Of a stretch of DNA of 64,000 bases, positions 41,490 to 51,730 are shown piece after piece (the stretch's first letter is position 1; each line of letters begins with the position of its first letter). The notes below the pieces were generated by a model, which was not told the DNA's origin, made no database searches, and worked only from the letters and a program-made list of their open reading frames with translations. A program made the position numbers and the translations under genes. The stretch is from assembly GCA_965198175.1 (NCBI GenBank), contig OZ240245.1:3840001-3904000 (forward strand). The letters are read 5' to 3'. Source of the DNA: Candidatus Poribacteria bacterium. Its GTDB lineage: Bacteria; Poribacteria; WGA-4E; PCPOR2b.

Positions 41490-41728
41490 TATAGATAGAC
41501 TCCATTTTTCCAAAATGAATTTACAACGTGGATAATAGGTTTGGATGAAAATCCTGACAAGTTTTCCGTATTTGCATGACATGTCACCGTCTTCGCTGTG
41601 AAATCTAGCGTGATTGGATGCCTTTCGCCCAGAAAAACCGATCGATGCTAGTGCGGTTCTCAACAGTTACGCGGCAATCTTTGCAGCACCCTGTGTCTAT
41701 AGAGCATAAGGCACGATTAGCTTGCGAT

Positions 41729-42586
41729 CTATCCGTTTGCTGGGAACTTGTGGAAACCTTCCGGCTTCCGAGACGGGGAATATGCCATTGGCCACCCGCC
41801 ACCCCCTACGAAAGCGGGAAACTCTTTCGCCTTCCCAGAAACCCAGAAAAACATTTCGGCGGCATCATACCAGTCCCGATGTTGCTGCCGAGGAGGGGGA
41901 GAGGGCCAACCGTCCCAATTGTATGGGGCAGTGCCGAAATCAAGGTTTGGCTGGCAGATCCAATCCCGCTGCGGGGGCACTGTTCGCCAGTAACAGTATT
42001 TTAGCAGACTTCGGATGCCACGGGCAGTGGACGCTGAACGCCGATGCCATATCGAATAGACGGTAATAAAAATTGTGCCCGCCGGCGCGGTCGTTTTGAC
42101 CCCACCACGGATACTACTGTAGTGGGACATCCAACTCTGCAAGGCAAAAAGGAAGTGTGACCCCGGCAACACCTCCGTTGGACCGAGTTCCACCGGCGTA
42201 TCTTGAGGATAATAGAACACCTGCAGATGATTCAGTTCTGAACCGTAGTGTGAGCCGCCGTCCCGGTGCCACTGTTGTGTTGGTGCGGGACACTGAACCC
42301 AATGATTACTTGGCCTGATGGGTAGACCAAAGTTTTTGCCGAGCAATGACCGCACCGCCCCCGCCGCTTGCGGATTGAGAAGTACATTCTCGACAAACCA
42401 GTCCTCTCGACCAAGCGGGTTGTCGATAGTGGCTTCAAACGTCCGAAACTTGTGCACATCAATGTATTCACACATTCGTTGGTTGATCGCTTCAGGAACC
42501 ACGCCTTCCAGCACCAAGTACCCTCGTTTGCAGAAATCCAACACCTGGGTATCAGTCAGCGTAGGTTCGCAGTCATATGTTTGCAT
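41729..42586 (-). CDS. PhyH family dioxygenase (tandem paralog of the preceding gene)
   Basis: WHRDGG, GPTEVLPGSH, WHRR. Confidence 0.88.
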   Translation of the reverse strand: MQTYDCEPTLTDTQVLDFCKRGYLVLEGVVPEAINQRMCEYIDVHKFRTFEATIDNPLGREDWFVENVLLNPQAAGAVRSLLGKNFGLPIRPSNHWVQCPAPTQQWHRDGGSHYGSELNHLQVFYYPQDTPVELGPTEVLPGSHFLFALQSWMSHYSSIRGGVKTTAPAGTIFITVYSIWHRRSASTARGIRSLLKYCYWRTVPPQRDWICQPNLDFGTAPYNWDGWPSPPPRQQHRDWYDAAEMFFWVSGKAKEFPAFVGGGGWPMAYSPSRKPEGFHKFPANG

Positions 42587-42783
42587 TGGATAAGCTCCAT
42601 TTTTCCAAAATGAACTAGCTCTTCAGGGTTGAGGGAATCGCTGAATAGTTGTTTAGACCACGTCGGCGGAAACCTCAACCTATCTAATAAATCCCGCGCG
42701 ATTGGTGGAGAACCGCGCCACCAGACATATTTAACCCCTTTCCACGCCGGGTCCACATGAAAGTGGAAGAACCAAGATTGTTA

Positions 42784-43800
42784 TTAATGGTCTCGTTCCA
42801 TCTGCTTGAGCCAACCCCAGGTCAAAAGTTGCTTCCTGACAGATGAAACAGAGAAGTCAACTACAAAATCAGGATCGAACCATGCTGGCGAACGGTTTTG
42901 GTCGCCGACAATCGGCAGGTCTTTCCAGTCTAGATTGCCGTTTGCAGGGTGTAATCGGACAAAAGTGGGGGGAAATCCGGGCAGAGCTGCTGCAGCAATT
43001 TGTTTGCCAGCCGGGTCCCAACTCGGTTCCTGATTTCGGTTGCCAAGTTGTTTTGGATCCCCACGGTCACTGACCTTCACCAAATTCCCACCATCTGCAT
43101 CCATCGCCCAAATTTCACCTTGTCCATTTCGAGTGGAAGTCCAGGCAATCTTTGTATCATCTCGCGACCATCTAGGTTGGAAATCTTCGCCGCGAACGTT
43201 TGTGAGATTGTTCAGGTTCCCCCCATTTGCATCCATCACCCAGATGTCGCCCAGGGACTTTCCACGTTTGGAAGCGAAGGCAATCTTCCGACCGTCATGC
43301 GCCCATGCGGGGTGCCTGTCCTTGGCAGGATCGTTTGTAATATTCGTCGGAACGTCCCCTCTATTCGTCATCTCATAGATTTCAAAATTTCCGTCCCGAT
43401 CGGTGTGGAAGGCAATCCTCTGGCCGCTAGGGTGCCAGCTCGGCCAGCCATCCTCCGCTTCACCCTCGGTAAGCCTCTGGATCCCTTTCCCGTTGGCATT
43501 CACCACGTAGACATCTGTGTTCGCATCAATTTCCGCATGAAAAGCCAGCTTACTACCGTCTGGAGACCATACCAGACCTAGGGGTACAGGGTCTGCAAGA
43601 ATCTCTAGAATTTTGCGCTGATTCTTCCCGTCGGTGCCCATCAACCAGATACCCGCGCCATTTTCCGGGTTAGTGGAGAACGCGATAGTAGGTTCATTGG
43701 GTGCTTGCGCTCCAGTGTTCACCAAAAGCAGAGCGTTGTTCAAGAGAAGAACGTTGATGTATACAGCGATTCGCACGACTGATTTTTTCCTGATTTGCAT
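42784..43800 (-). CDS. TolB-like PD40 beta-propeller, secreted
   Basis: WSPDG, PSWHPSG, DRDGNFEIY repeats; C-terminal SVSSVRKQLLTWGWLK. Confidence 0.9.
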   Translation of the reverse strand: MQIRKKSVVRIAVYINVLLLNNALLLVNTGAQAPNEPTIAFSTNPENGAGIWLMGTDGKNQRKILEILADPVPLGLVWSPDGSKLAFHAEIDANTDVYVVNANGKGIQRLTEGEAEDGWPSWHPSGQRIAFHTDRDGNFEIYEMTNRGDVPTNITNDPAKDRHPAWAHDGRKIAFASKRGKSLGDIWVMDANGGNLNNLTNVRGEDFQPRWSRDDTKIAWTSTRNGQGEIWAMDADGGNLVKVSDRGDPKQLGNRNQEPSWDPAGKQIAAAALPGFPPTFVRLHPANGNLDWKDLPIVGDQNRSPAWFDPDFVVDFSVSSVRKQLLTWGWLKQMERDH

Positions 43801-43948
43801 GGTTATCTTCCCATTCTGCCGGTTTTAGCAATGCTTCGATAGGATCAACGCTATCAGTCTCGGTGCTCAGAAATCTAGAGCAGCTTGGCTTACACCAATT
43901 CGATTTTAAAATTTGGCATTATCGGTTAATCTACGCGTGTGCTACCGC

Positions 43949-44950
43949 TTACTCGTTACGTTCCACCCGCTTGAGCCAACCCCAGGTCAAGACTCGCTTA
44001 TTGCCCGGCGAAACGGAGAACACTGGCACAAATTTGGGATCGAACCAGGACGGTGCGCGGTTGACGCCGCCCACATCCGGCGCCTCAAAGCGATTCTTGC
44101 CGTCTGGATCGGTGATGTAAAGAGAGCTGACTCCACCCATAAAGGCAATGTGGGCAAGTTTCTTGCCGTTTGGCGCCCAAGTTAGGTCGCTCTCTTCCCA
44201 CTGTCCCTCTAGCCCGGCGGCAAATCCGGTCAGCTGAATGGCATTCTCTCCATTGGCGTCCATCACGAAGATGTCTCCGTTTCCATGGCGGGATGAAGAC
44301 CAGGCTATCTTCGAATCATCCGGCGACCATGTAGGCTCGAAGTCTCCGCCTTTATGGTTCGTGAGATTCACGAGATTGGCGCCGCTCGAATCCATCAAAT
44401 AGATGTCTGAAATAGTCCGACCGCGTTTAGAAGAAAAGGCAATCCTTCGTCCGGCGTGAGACCAATCCGGTTGAATGTCCTTAGCTGGGTCGTTTGTAAT
44501 GTTTCTCAAGGCTCTCCCGACAATTATCATCTCATAGATTTCAAAATTACCGTCCCGATCCGTTCCGAATGCAAGACGCTGACCATTGGGGTGCCAGGTG
44601 GGGAAGCTATCCTCCGACTCACTGTCGGTGAGTCTCTGTAGGTTCTTCCCTTCAGCATCCACAATATAGATGTCAACGTTTCCCCGCGCTTCCGAGTGAA
44701 AGGCGATGGAATTCCCATCTGGAGACCAGACCAGTCCAAGCGGCAGCGGATTCCCATCAACATGTAAGAGCGGACGCGGATTGTGTCCGTTATCGTCTGT
44801 TAACCAGATGTTCGACTCGCCGCCATCCGCGGAGAGGACAAATGTTCCTTTGCTAGGTGGTCTCGCCTCGGAATCTACGAGAAACATGGTTGAACTCAAC
44901 ACCAGTAATCCGGTTAATATGCTCCACAGCGTTAATTTGTCAATTCGCAT
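43949..44950 (-). CDS. TolB-like PD40 beta-propeller, secreted (tandem paralog)
   Basis: Same repeats; C-terminal SVSPGNKRVLTWGWLK. Confidence 0.9.
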   Translation of the reverse strand: MRIDKLTLWSILTGLLVLSSTMFLVDSEARPPSKGTFVLSADGGESNIWLTDDNGHNPRPLLHVDGNPLPLGLVWSPDGNSIAFHSEARGNVDIYIVDAEGKNLQRLTDSESEDSFPTWHPNGQRLAFGTDRDGNFEIYEMIIVGRALRNITNDPAKDIQPDWSHAGRRIAFSSKRGRTISDIYLMDSSGANLVNLTNHKGGDFEPTWSPDDSKIAWSSSRHGNGDIFVMDANGENAIQLTGFAAGLEGQWEESDLTWAPNGKKLAHIAFMGGVSSLYITDPDGKNRFEAPDVGGVNRAPSWFDPKFVPVFSVSPGNKRVLTWGWLKRVERNE

Positions 44951-45022
44951 GGTGTCGTACCTCCCTTTGCATTGATATTCAGTAGGAAGTGCTTTTTCTG
45001 AAATTTTGTGTAAGTGATTGCC

Positions 45023-45772
45023 TTATACGGTCTGCTGAACCCTTTCCGCCCAAAATGCCAGCATACTTTGCCGCTGCGGCGGAGCGTCTTGATAGAGTTC
45101 GGGCGTATACCAGCCGCCCTGACCACCGACCTCCCAGACGTACCGTACATCTGCCTCCGTCTGGGGTCGTTGCATGAAGTTCAGATACAGTCCGCGACGG
45201 GAACCATCCGGAAAGGCACCGTGATAGGTTTTCACGTTGAAGACAATCACGTCACCGGGCTCGGTCTCGCACGGGTAGGCGCCGGGAACATCCTTGCCAA
45301 GGGGCAAGATGTCGTTGCCGTATGCCTGCATCCGCTCTCGATATGGGAGAAACTGGCTGCCCGGTAGAAGGTAGAGGCAACCGGTGTCCGCTGTGGTCGG
45401 CTCCAGAAAAAGCAATACTTTCAGGTGCGTATGGGTCTCGGTAGAGATGGCGTCATGATGCCACGAGGTTCCAGTCCAGTGCTTAATCGCCTCGGAAACC
45501 GTGAACACAAACCCTTCACCGATTAAGTCCTCAAGCACTTCAATGATGCGGTTATCGTCGAGCAGGCGATTGTAAACTTCAGGATTGTGCCTGAAGAATG
45601 GCAAAACCTGATGACGCACAGGCGCCCGTGACCAAGGCTCCCCACCGTTGGCTCTGATAAGCGTATCTTCGAACGCGTCGGCGTACAACTGCACCTCTTC
45701 ACGCGGCAGCAAATCTCTCATGATGAAGAAGCCGAGCGTTTCAAACCGGTGTTTCTGAACTTCACTAAGCAT
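45023..45772 (-). CDS. PhyH family dioxygenase
   Basis: WHHD, GCLYLLPGS, PGDVIVFN..YHG. Confidence 0.88.
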   Translation of the reverse strand: MLSEVQKHRFETLGFFIMRDLLPREEVQLYADAFEDTLIRANGGEPWSRAPVRHQVLPFFRHNPEVYNRLLDDNRIIEVLEDLIGEGFVFTVSEAIKHWTGTSWHHDAISTETHTHLKVLLFLEPTTADTGCLYLLPGSQFLPYRERMQAYGNDILPLGKDVPGAYPCETEPGDVIVFNVKTYHGAFPDGSRRGLYLNFMQRPQTEADVRYVWEVGGQGGWYTPELYQDAPPQRQSMLAFWAERVQQTV

Positions 45773-45844
45773 ATTGACCTCCTTACAGTTAGGGTTCGAC
45801 CACCGAAATCAACCCCAACCCAATCCAAGCGTCTCAACCGTCGG

Positions 45845-46705
45845 CTACAACATTTCTCGTACAAAAGTGTATACTCCCCTCAGCCACGAGGTGTAATAGA
45901 GCCCGTTGGCATACAGGAAATATAGCACTTTCAAACAGATAACACTCAACAAACAGGTCAATAGGAGCACAATCAAGCCCCCATCCCACCATCCCATCCT
46001 TAACACGCGCAACGAAGTGCGATCTCCTGCAGCAACTTCGGGGGAAAACCCACGGCTTTCAACGGCTTCGCCTAGTTGTGTTGCGCGGCGCATGTTGTTC
46101 GTTAAAATCGGACGCAGACTGTTTAAGATGCCCCTGAAGGTGTGAATTAGATTCAGCCGCAAATAGCGAAATCCACGTAGCCGCTGCAATCTGATGACCG
46201 TCATCGCTTCTGAGCCAATGAGCGGAATGTAACGCAACGCGGTAGTTACCATAAACGCCAAGCTATAGGGAACACGCAGTTGAACGAAACCAAGAAGCAG
46301 GTCACGCGGCGGGGTCGTCCAGACTATGAAACAGCCAATCGCGAGCGTTGTGCTGAACCGCAGGGATTGAACCGCGCCATACAATAATCCCTCGCGGTAA
46401 AAACGGATGCCGCCTGTAGCTTCTCCGATGACTAGGAAATCTGCATCTATAAGCGTAAAAATCGGAGTTCGCGGGAATTCGTTGTAGAAGATTGCTTGGC
46501 TGTAGACCAAGCCCCATGTCCCGCATAATACAAACAGTACCAGCAGGCGAATCTGATGCCACGATGCTCGAGAGAATCCAATCAGACAGATACTAGCGAG
46601 AAAACAGACAGCAAGTGAGATTGGACTGTCGAGCAAAACCACCAGACAGCCGACGACTGCTAAGATGACGATTTTCGTGCCGGGATGGAGATACGCGATT
46701 GACAC
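45845..46705 (-). CDS. ecfT: ECF transporter transmembrane component T
   Basis: LHPGTK, ALRYIP, RLRG and ESRGF conserved Arg motifs. Confidence 0.88.
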   Translation of the reverse strand: MSIAYLHPGTKIVILAVVGCLVVLLDSPISLAVCFLASICLIGFSRASWHQIRLLVLFVLCGTWGLVYSQAIFYNEFPRTPIFTLIDADFLVIGEATGGIRFYREGLLYGAVQSLRFSTTLAIGCFIVWTTPPRDLLLGFVQLRVPYSLAFMVTTALRYIPLIGSEAMTVIRLQRLRGFRYLRLNLIHTFRGILNSLRPILTNNMRRATQLGEAVESRGFSPEVAAGDRTSLRVLRMGWWDGGLIVLLLTCLLSVICLKVLYFLYANGLYYTSWLRGVYTFVREML

Positions 46706-46719
46706 ACCACCTCAATTTA

Positions 46720-47709
46720 TCAGTTGAGACCTCTATCTTCTGGCAACCCCAGCATAAGGTTCATATTCTGAATCGCGGCGCCGGACGCACCCTTTCCCAA
46801 GTTGTCTAGCCGCGAACACAGGTTCACGTGGGTGTCATTACTTCCACACACAATAATTTCCAGCCGATTGGTATCGTTGCAACTTACGGCATCTAGGTAA
46901 GAGTACGGTAATACGGGATGACTGCGCAGTGGAGTCTCTGACCACACAGAAACCGTAACAAATTTTTCACCCTGATAATAATCTTTCAAACATTGGAAAA
47001 CGTCATCGAAAGCGATCTTGTATTCCTCCAAGTATTTCCGATGGATTGGGATATTGACGAGCATCCCCTGTCTCGAATAATCCACTGCGGGCAGCAACAA
47101 CGGGGATTGCGTCAATCCGGTGATACCCGTCATTTCTTGGTGGTGTTTGTGGTTGAGATTCAAACCGTACTGTAAGAAATGGTATAACTCCTCTGGTTCG
47201 CCCATCGACTTTTCTGAGAACACGCCCATCATTTTCTTGCCCCCGCCGGAGTAACCAGATACAGCATTCACAGTAAAAGGGTGATGGCGTGGGAAAAGAT
47301 TCGAGTCGATTAACGGCTTTACCGGTGCGATAAACCCTGACGCATAACAACCGACATTGGCGACCCGACAGCTTGCGGCGATTCTTCCTCGATAGTCGGG
47401 ATTCAATTCTGGAAAGCCGTATGTCCATCCGGATGCGGTTCGATGGGCTGTGCTTGCGTCAATAATCTTTATCGGTATCTCTTCGGTTTCGACGAGCGAT
47501 ACCGTTTCCTTTGCGGAATCATCCGGCAAACACAAGAAGACGAGGTCGGATCGGCGAATGCAATCTAGTTTTACAGTATTATCTTTTCGTTTTGCCTCCG
47601 GAATATGAACAATTTCGATATCGCTTCTCGTCTTAATTCTATCGTAAATCTGCAGCCCGGTTGTCCCCGATTGTCCATCGACAAAAATCTTTGGTTTGCG
47701 CACGTCCAC
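46720..47709 (-). CDS. argC: N-acetyl-gamma-glutamyl-phosphate reductase (type 2)
   Basis: IFVDGQSGTTGL, IIDASTAHR, GCYA, SGYSGGG, DNLGKGASGAA. Confidence 0.93.
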   Translation of the reverse strand: MDVRKPKIFVDGQSGTTGLQIYDRIKTRSDIEIVHIPEAKRKDNTVKLDCIRRSDLVFLCLPDDSAKETVSLVETEEIPIKIIDASTAHRTASGWTYGFPELNPDYRGRIAASCRVANVGCYASGFIAPVKPLIDSNLFPRHHPFTVNAVSGYSGGGKKMMGVFSEKSMGEPEELYHFLQYGLNLNHKHHQEMTGITGLTQSPLLLPAVDYSRQGMLVNIPIHRKYLEEYKIAFDDVFQCLKDYYQGEKFVTVSVWSETPLRSHPVLPYSYLDAVSCNDTNRLEIIVCGSNDTHVNLCSRLDNLGKGASGAAIQNMNLMLGLPEDRGLN

Positions 47710-47796
47710 CCCTCCCTCACTCTACTTTCCGTAAATCATTCGCCCGCGACAATAGAAACGGCGGCGACAGAATATCTCCCGTCAGACTCGACAGCA

Positions 47797-49596
47797 TCAT
47801 TCTCGGCGAATCCACTCCACTTTCCGGAACTCACTCATGCCCCCACGCACTCCTCTTGGCGCATAGTCCTTATATTCCCCTCTCTGTTTTTTTAATGCGT
47901 TTGCCAATTGTAACGCCAGTGGCGGAATTAGCGATGCTCGCTCCAAGCGCTCAGGGTCGGCGAAGGCGGCATCGGGGCTTCCGTCGAAGATTAACTCGCC
48001 GCGGTGAATCAGCAGCACGCGATCTGCATATTTCAGCGTGAGATGTGCATCGTGGGTCGAGAAAATTACGGTTTTGTTTCTCTTTGTCATCACGTTAGAA
48101 AGCACGTCCATGAGTTCATGGAGATGAAATTGATCTTGACCCGTTGTGGGCTCGTCGAGAAGGAGGAGTGCCGGATGAAGCGAAAACATCGAGGCGACCG
48201 CCGTGCGTTGACGTTGCCCTTGTGAGAGTGCATACGGCGTCTCTGTCCTGAGATTCGTGAGATCGAACATCTGTAGGGCGGTCTCAAGTCGTTCCGCAAC
48301 CGTTTGAGAGGTCAACTTTAGGTTTTTCGGTCCAAAGGCGACCTCATCAGATACTGTCGCCGCTTGCAGCAGCAGGTCCGGATTTTGAAAAACTAGCCCC
48401 GCCAACCCGGCAAGCTGATGGGGTTTGTAACGCTTAGCGTCTCGTCCGTCGAGAACCACGCGCCCCTCTGACGGATTAAGAAGCCCAAGTATTAGCATGA
48501 GCAGCGTTGTTTTTCCGCATCCGTTTTCCCCCATAATCGCTATCGTTTCACCGCGTCTGACCTGAAAAGAGATACACTTTAGGGCAGCCGGCGACTTCCG
48601 ATGATAACGAAACGTGAGATTTTGTACGTCAATCAACGTACCGTCCGCAGAAGTAGACGTGATGTTAGTCGAGTGTGCGTCACGTAGCTCCGGGCGCTGT
48701 CGCTCTCGGATTGGGTCGGTCGCTGCCCTATCTTCAACCTTCACAAAAGGCGCCGGAAGGATGCCATTTGTATCGTTCCGAAAGCAGAGCAGGGCATCTT
48801 TTAGGGTCAGCGGTCGGTCGGCTAGTCCATTCTCCTCTGCAATCTGTGCAAGTTCAGGCGCCTGAACCCCCAGTTGGCGAAATCGCTCTAGGTGGTAGAA
48901 AGCTCTATCGCTTGGCAGATCAGACACAATCTCACCATTGTGCATCAACCAAACGCGATTGCATAACGGGGCAACCTCATTGACTTGATGCCCTGCGATA
49001 ATCACGGTAGTACCAGCGGTTTCGTTCAGTTGACGAACGAGTTCGAGTAGATGAACCGCGCCCTTGGAATCCAAGTAACTCGTTGGTTCATCAAGCAGGA
49101 GAATCTGCGGCTGCATCGCCCACAGACTGGCAAGGGCTACTCGTTGTTTCTGTCCACTAGAGAGTGAAACAATCGGACGTGCCCGAAATCCAGATAGCCC
49201 AACCTGCGCTAGAGCGGAATCAATCCGCCGATCTATCTCATCCGGCGGCACGTTGAGATTTTCCAGTCCAAACGCGACCTCATCTTCTACAACGATAGAA
49301 AAAAGTTGATCTTCGGGATTTTGGAACAACAACCCAACTTGTTGAGATGTAACATTCAGTGGCTGTTTCGCAACGTTTGACGCGTTGATGCGGACGCGCC
49401 CGGATAACGTTCCGCCCGACGTGTGAGGAATCAAGCCGTTTATCGTTCGCAGCAGCGTGGATTTGCCGCAACCCGTAGGGCCTATCAACAAAACAAACTC
49501 CCCGGAATCGACGCGCGCATTGATTCCCTTCAGCGTCGGTTCGCTACGCCCCGGATAGATAAAACTGAGAGCTTCGATCTCGATACACCGTGCCAT
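47797..49596 (-). CDS. ECF transporter fused double ATPase (EcfA-A')
   Basis: Two ABC domains (GPTGCGKST, GENGCGKTT), FQNP, VAFG, LDEPT. Confidence 0.9.
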   Translation of the reverse strand: MARCIEIEALSFIYPGRSEPTLKGINARVDSGEFVLLIGPTGCGKSTLLRTINGLIPHTSGGTLSGRVRINASNVAKQPLNVTSQQVGLLFQNPEDQLFSIVVEDEVAFGLENLNVPPDEIDRRIDSALAQVGLSGFRARPIVSLSSGQKQRVALASLWAMQPQILLLDEPTSYLDSKGAVHLLELVRQLNETAGTTVIIAGHQVNEVAPLCNRVWLMHNGEIVSDLPSDRAFYHLERFRQLGVQAPELAQIAEENGLADRPLTLKDALLCFRNDTNGILPAPFVKVEDRAATDPIRERQRPELRDAHSTNITSTSADGTLIDVQNLTFRYHRKSPAALKCISFQVRRGETIAIMGENGCGKTTLLMLILGLLNPSEGRVVLDGRDAKRYKPHQLAGLAGLVFQNPDLLLQAATVSDEVAFGPKNLKLTSQTVAERLETALQMFDLTNLRTETPYALSQGQRQRTAVASMFSLHPALLLLDEPTTGQDQFHLHELMDVLSNVMTKRNKTVIFSTHDAHLTLKYADRVLLIHRGELIFDGSPDAAFADPERLERASLIPPLALQLANALKKQRGEYKDYAPRGVRGGMSEFRKVEWIRRE

Positions 49597-49762
49597 CAAT
49601 GCCTCGAAAAGGTGAGAACCTACGAATCGGGCTAACTATGAGCGGAGAGGGATTTATACCAAATCTGTATGAAGATCGAACATTAGCGATTGTGGGCGCC
49701 TACAGAGTCCTGCCACGTCCATACAATGGTATTAAGGCATGAATGTTAAAGGGGGAATGGTA

Positions 49763-51730
49763 CTAGGCATTTAGCGCGATCGGAACGCCAAGTTGATCCA
49801 ATTGTGATTTCACAGACAGTTTGAATGAATCGAGAGAGTCTTCCAGATGATCTCTGAAATCGTGGTGAACCCGTTCATATTGCGCCTCTACCCGCGTGAG
49901 AAGCTCGTGCGCCCGGGCACCGATTGTCTCGATCCGATTACTTTGAGACTTCGCGAACCGAGACGCGGTTTCCTTAAACACGCGCAATTCAACGTCAAGA
50001 TACTGCTTGAACACTGATGCCTGGAAGGAAACGAGCGCGTCGTGAACGCTGTGTCTGAAATCGTGGTGAATCTGCTCATACTGATTGTGCACACGCGCCA
50101 AAAGTGCTTGCGCATACGTTCCAACCGCTCCGATCCGATCGCCTTGGAATCGTTGCGACACTGTTTCTTTGAACGCTTCAGATTCAGACTTCAGGGACTG
50201 TTTGAAGTTGTCAACCGCAACCGTTTGACTCGTGATTTTTTCAAAGTGATACCCATGAATCGCAAGGGTAACCGCCTCCACAATCAGCTTCGGGTGGTCT
50301 ACGATCACTTTCATCAGATATCGGAAGTAAGCGGGACCTTGTTTAGAGAAGAGTTGTCTCCTGATTGACTTGATTAACGCCAACAGCTCAGTTTTCCCAA
50401 AGCTGTGGGATCCATGTTTCACCGGTTTCAGGTGCTTGAACATTGACAGACACCGCTCAAAATAGTTTTTCAGGGTCGGATCATACAGCGTTGAAAGCAC
50501 GCGCTTATATCCGTCAAGGAGCGTTTGCCGATCCATCTCCGTCTTAAAATTCAAGCTGTCGAGCCCGACATTGTTGCCATCCGATTCTCCCAACAGCCTG
50601 CCTTCCTTTTGCAGTCGGAAGAAGAGATCCGTATTTTTCAGAACCGTTAAGAGCCCAACCATTGCCCTCGGGATGCCGACAGTTTGGATAAATTCAATTT
50701 GTGCATCAAAAGCATTTTCGGTATCGTCGTCTAAGCCTAGGATAAATCCAGCCATCACTTCCATGCCTTTTTCCTGAATGCTGCGAACCGCTTTGACGAG
50801 ATAATTGTCCTCACCCTTTTTTGTGTTCTGTTTCTTCTTCATTTTCAGCAATGCATCGGGATTAGGGGTTTCAATGCCCAAAAACACCTCACTCAAGCCG
50901 GCGGCAACCATCGCGTCCATGAGTGGCTCCATGTCGGCGAGGTTCACACTCGCCTCGGTGTACAGGGCGAACGGAAAGTCTCTCTCGTTTTGCCACTTCG
51001 TAACTTCGGGTAATAGGCGCATTGCATCCCGCTTATTTCCGATGAAGTTGTCATCAACAATGAAAAGCGATCCCCGCCACCCGAGATCATGCAGCAATTG
51101 AAACTCGCTTAACATCTGTTCATTGGCCTTAGTGCGAGGAACCCGCCCAAACAGTTTGGTGATGTCGCAAAACTCGCAATCAAACGGGCAACCCCGCGAG
51201 AACTGAAGCGCCATCGATCCATAATTCTGAAGATTGATGAGATCGAAACGCGGTATCGGGGTCAGCGTGACATCCGGCTTTCTCGTCTCCGCATATACTT
51301 CTTTGGCGACCCCGCTCTTCAGATCAGTGAGAAAATCACCAAGAATCTCCTCAACTTCACCATGGAGAAAGTGATTGATTGTTCCACCCGCTTCCTCTTT
51401 GATATTGTCGTAATAAGAGGTCGGATGGGGACCGCCAGCAATGATGGGAACGTCTGCGCGGTTACATCGCCGCACAACGTTATATAACGACTCTTTCTGA
51501 ACAATCATTGTGGATGTTAAGACCAGATCCGCCCAATCGAGATCTGCGTCCGTTAAAGCGCCAACATTCATGTCAACAACTTTGAGTTGATAATCATTGG
51601 GGAACATGCCCGCAACCGTGAGCAGCCCCAGAGGCGGCATTGACGCTTTTTTCCCAATAAATTCTAAAGCGAACTGATAACCCCAGTAGGACGGGGGAAA
51701 TTCAGGATAAACCAATAGCGCATTCGGCAT
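49763..51730 (-). CDS. B12-binding radical SAM protein (DUF4070 type)
   Basis: PPLGLLTVA, GGPHPT, CPFDCEFC, DDNFIGN. Confidence 0.92.
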   Translation of the reverse strand: MPNALLVYPEFPPSYWGYQFALEFIGKKASMPPLGLLTVAGMFPNDYQLKVVDMNVGALTDADLDWADLVLTSTMIVQKESLYNVVRRCNRADVPIIAGGPHPTSYYDNIKEEAGGTINHFLHGEVEEILGDFLTDLKSGVAKEVYAETRKPDVTLTPIPRFDLINLQNYGSMALQFSRGCPFDCEFCDITKLFGRVPRTKANEQMLSEFQLLHDLGWRGSLFIVDDNFIGNKRDAMRLLPEVTKWQNERDFPFALYTEASVNLADMEPLMDAMVAAGLSEVFLGIETPNPDALLKMKKKQNTKKGEDNYLVKAVRSIQEKGMEVMAGFILGLDDDTENAFDAQIEFIQTVGIPRAMVGLLTVLKNTDLFFRLQKEGRLLGESDGNNVGLDSLNFKTEMDRQTLLDGYKRVLSTLYDPTLKNYFERCLSMFKHLKPVKHGSHSFGKTELLALIKSIRRQLFSKQGPAYFRYLMKVIVDHPKLIVEAVTLAIHGYHFEKITSQTVAVDNFKQSLKSESEAFKETVSQRFQGDRIGAVGTYAQALLARVHNQYEQIHHDFRHSVHDALVSFQASVFKQYLDVELRVFKETASRFAKSQSNRIETIGARAHELLTRVEAQYERVHHDFRDHLEDSLDSFKLSVKSQLDQLGVPIALNA

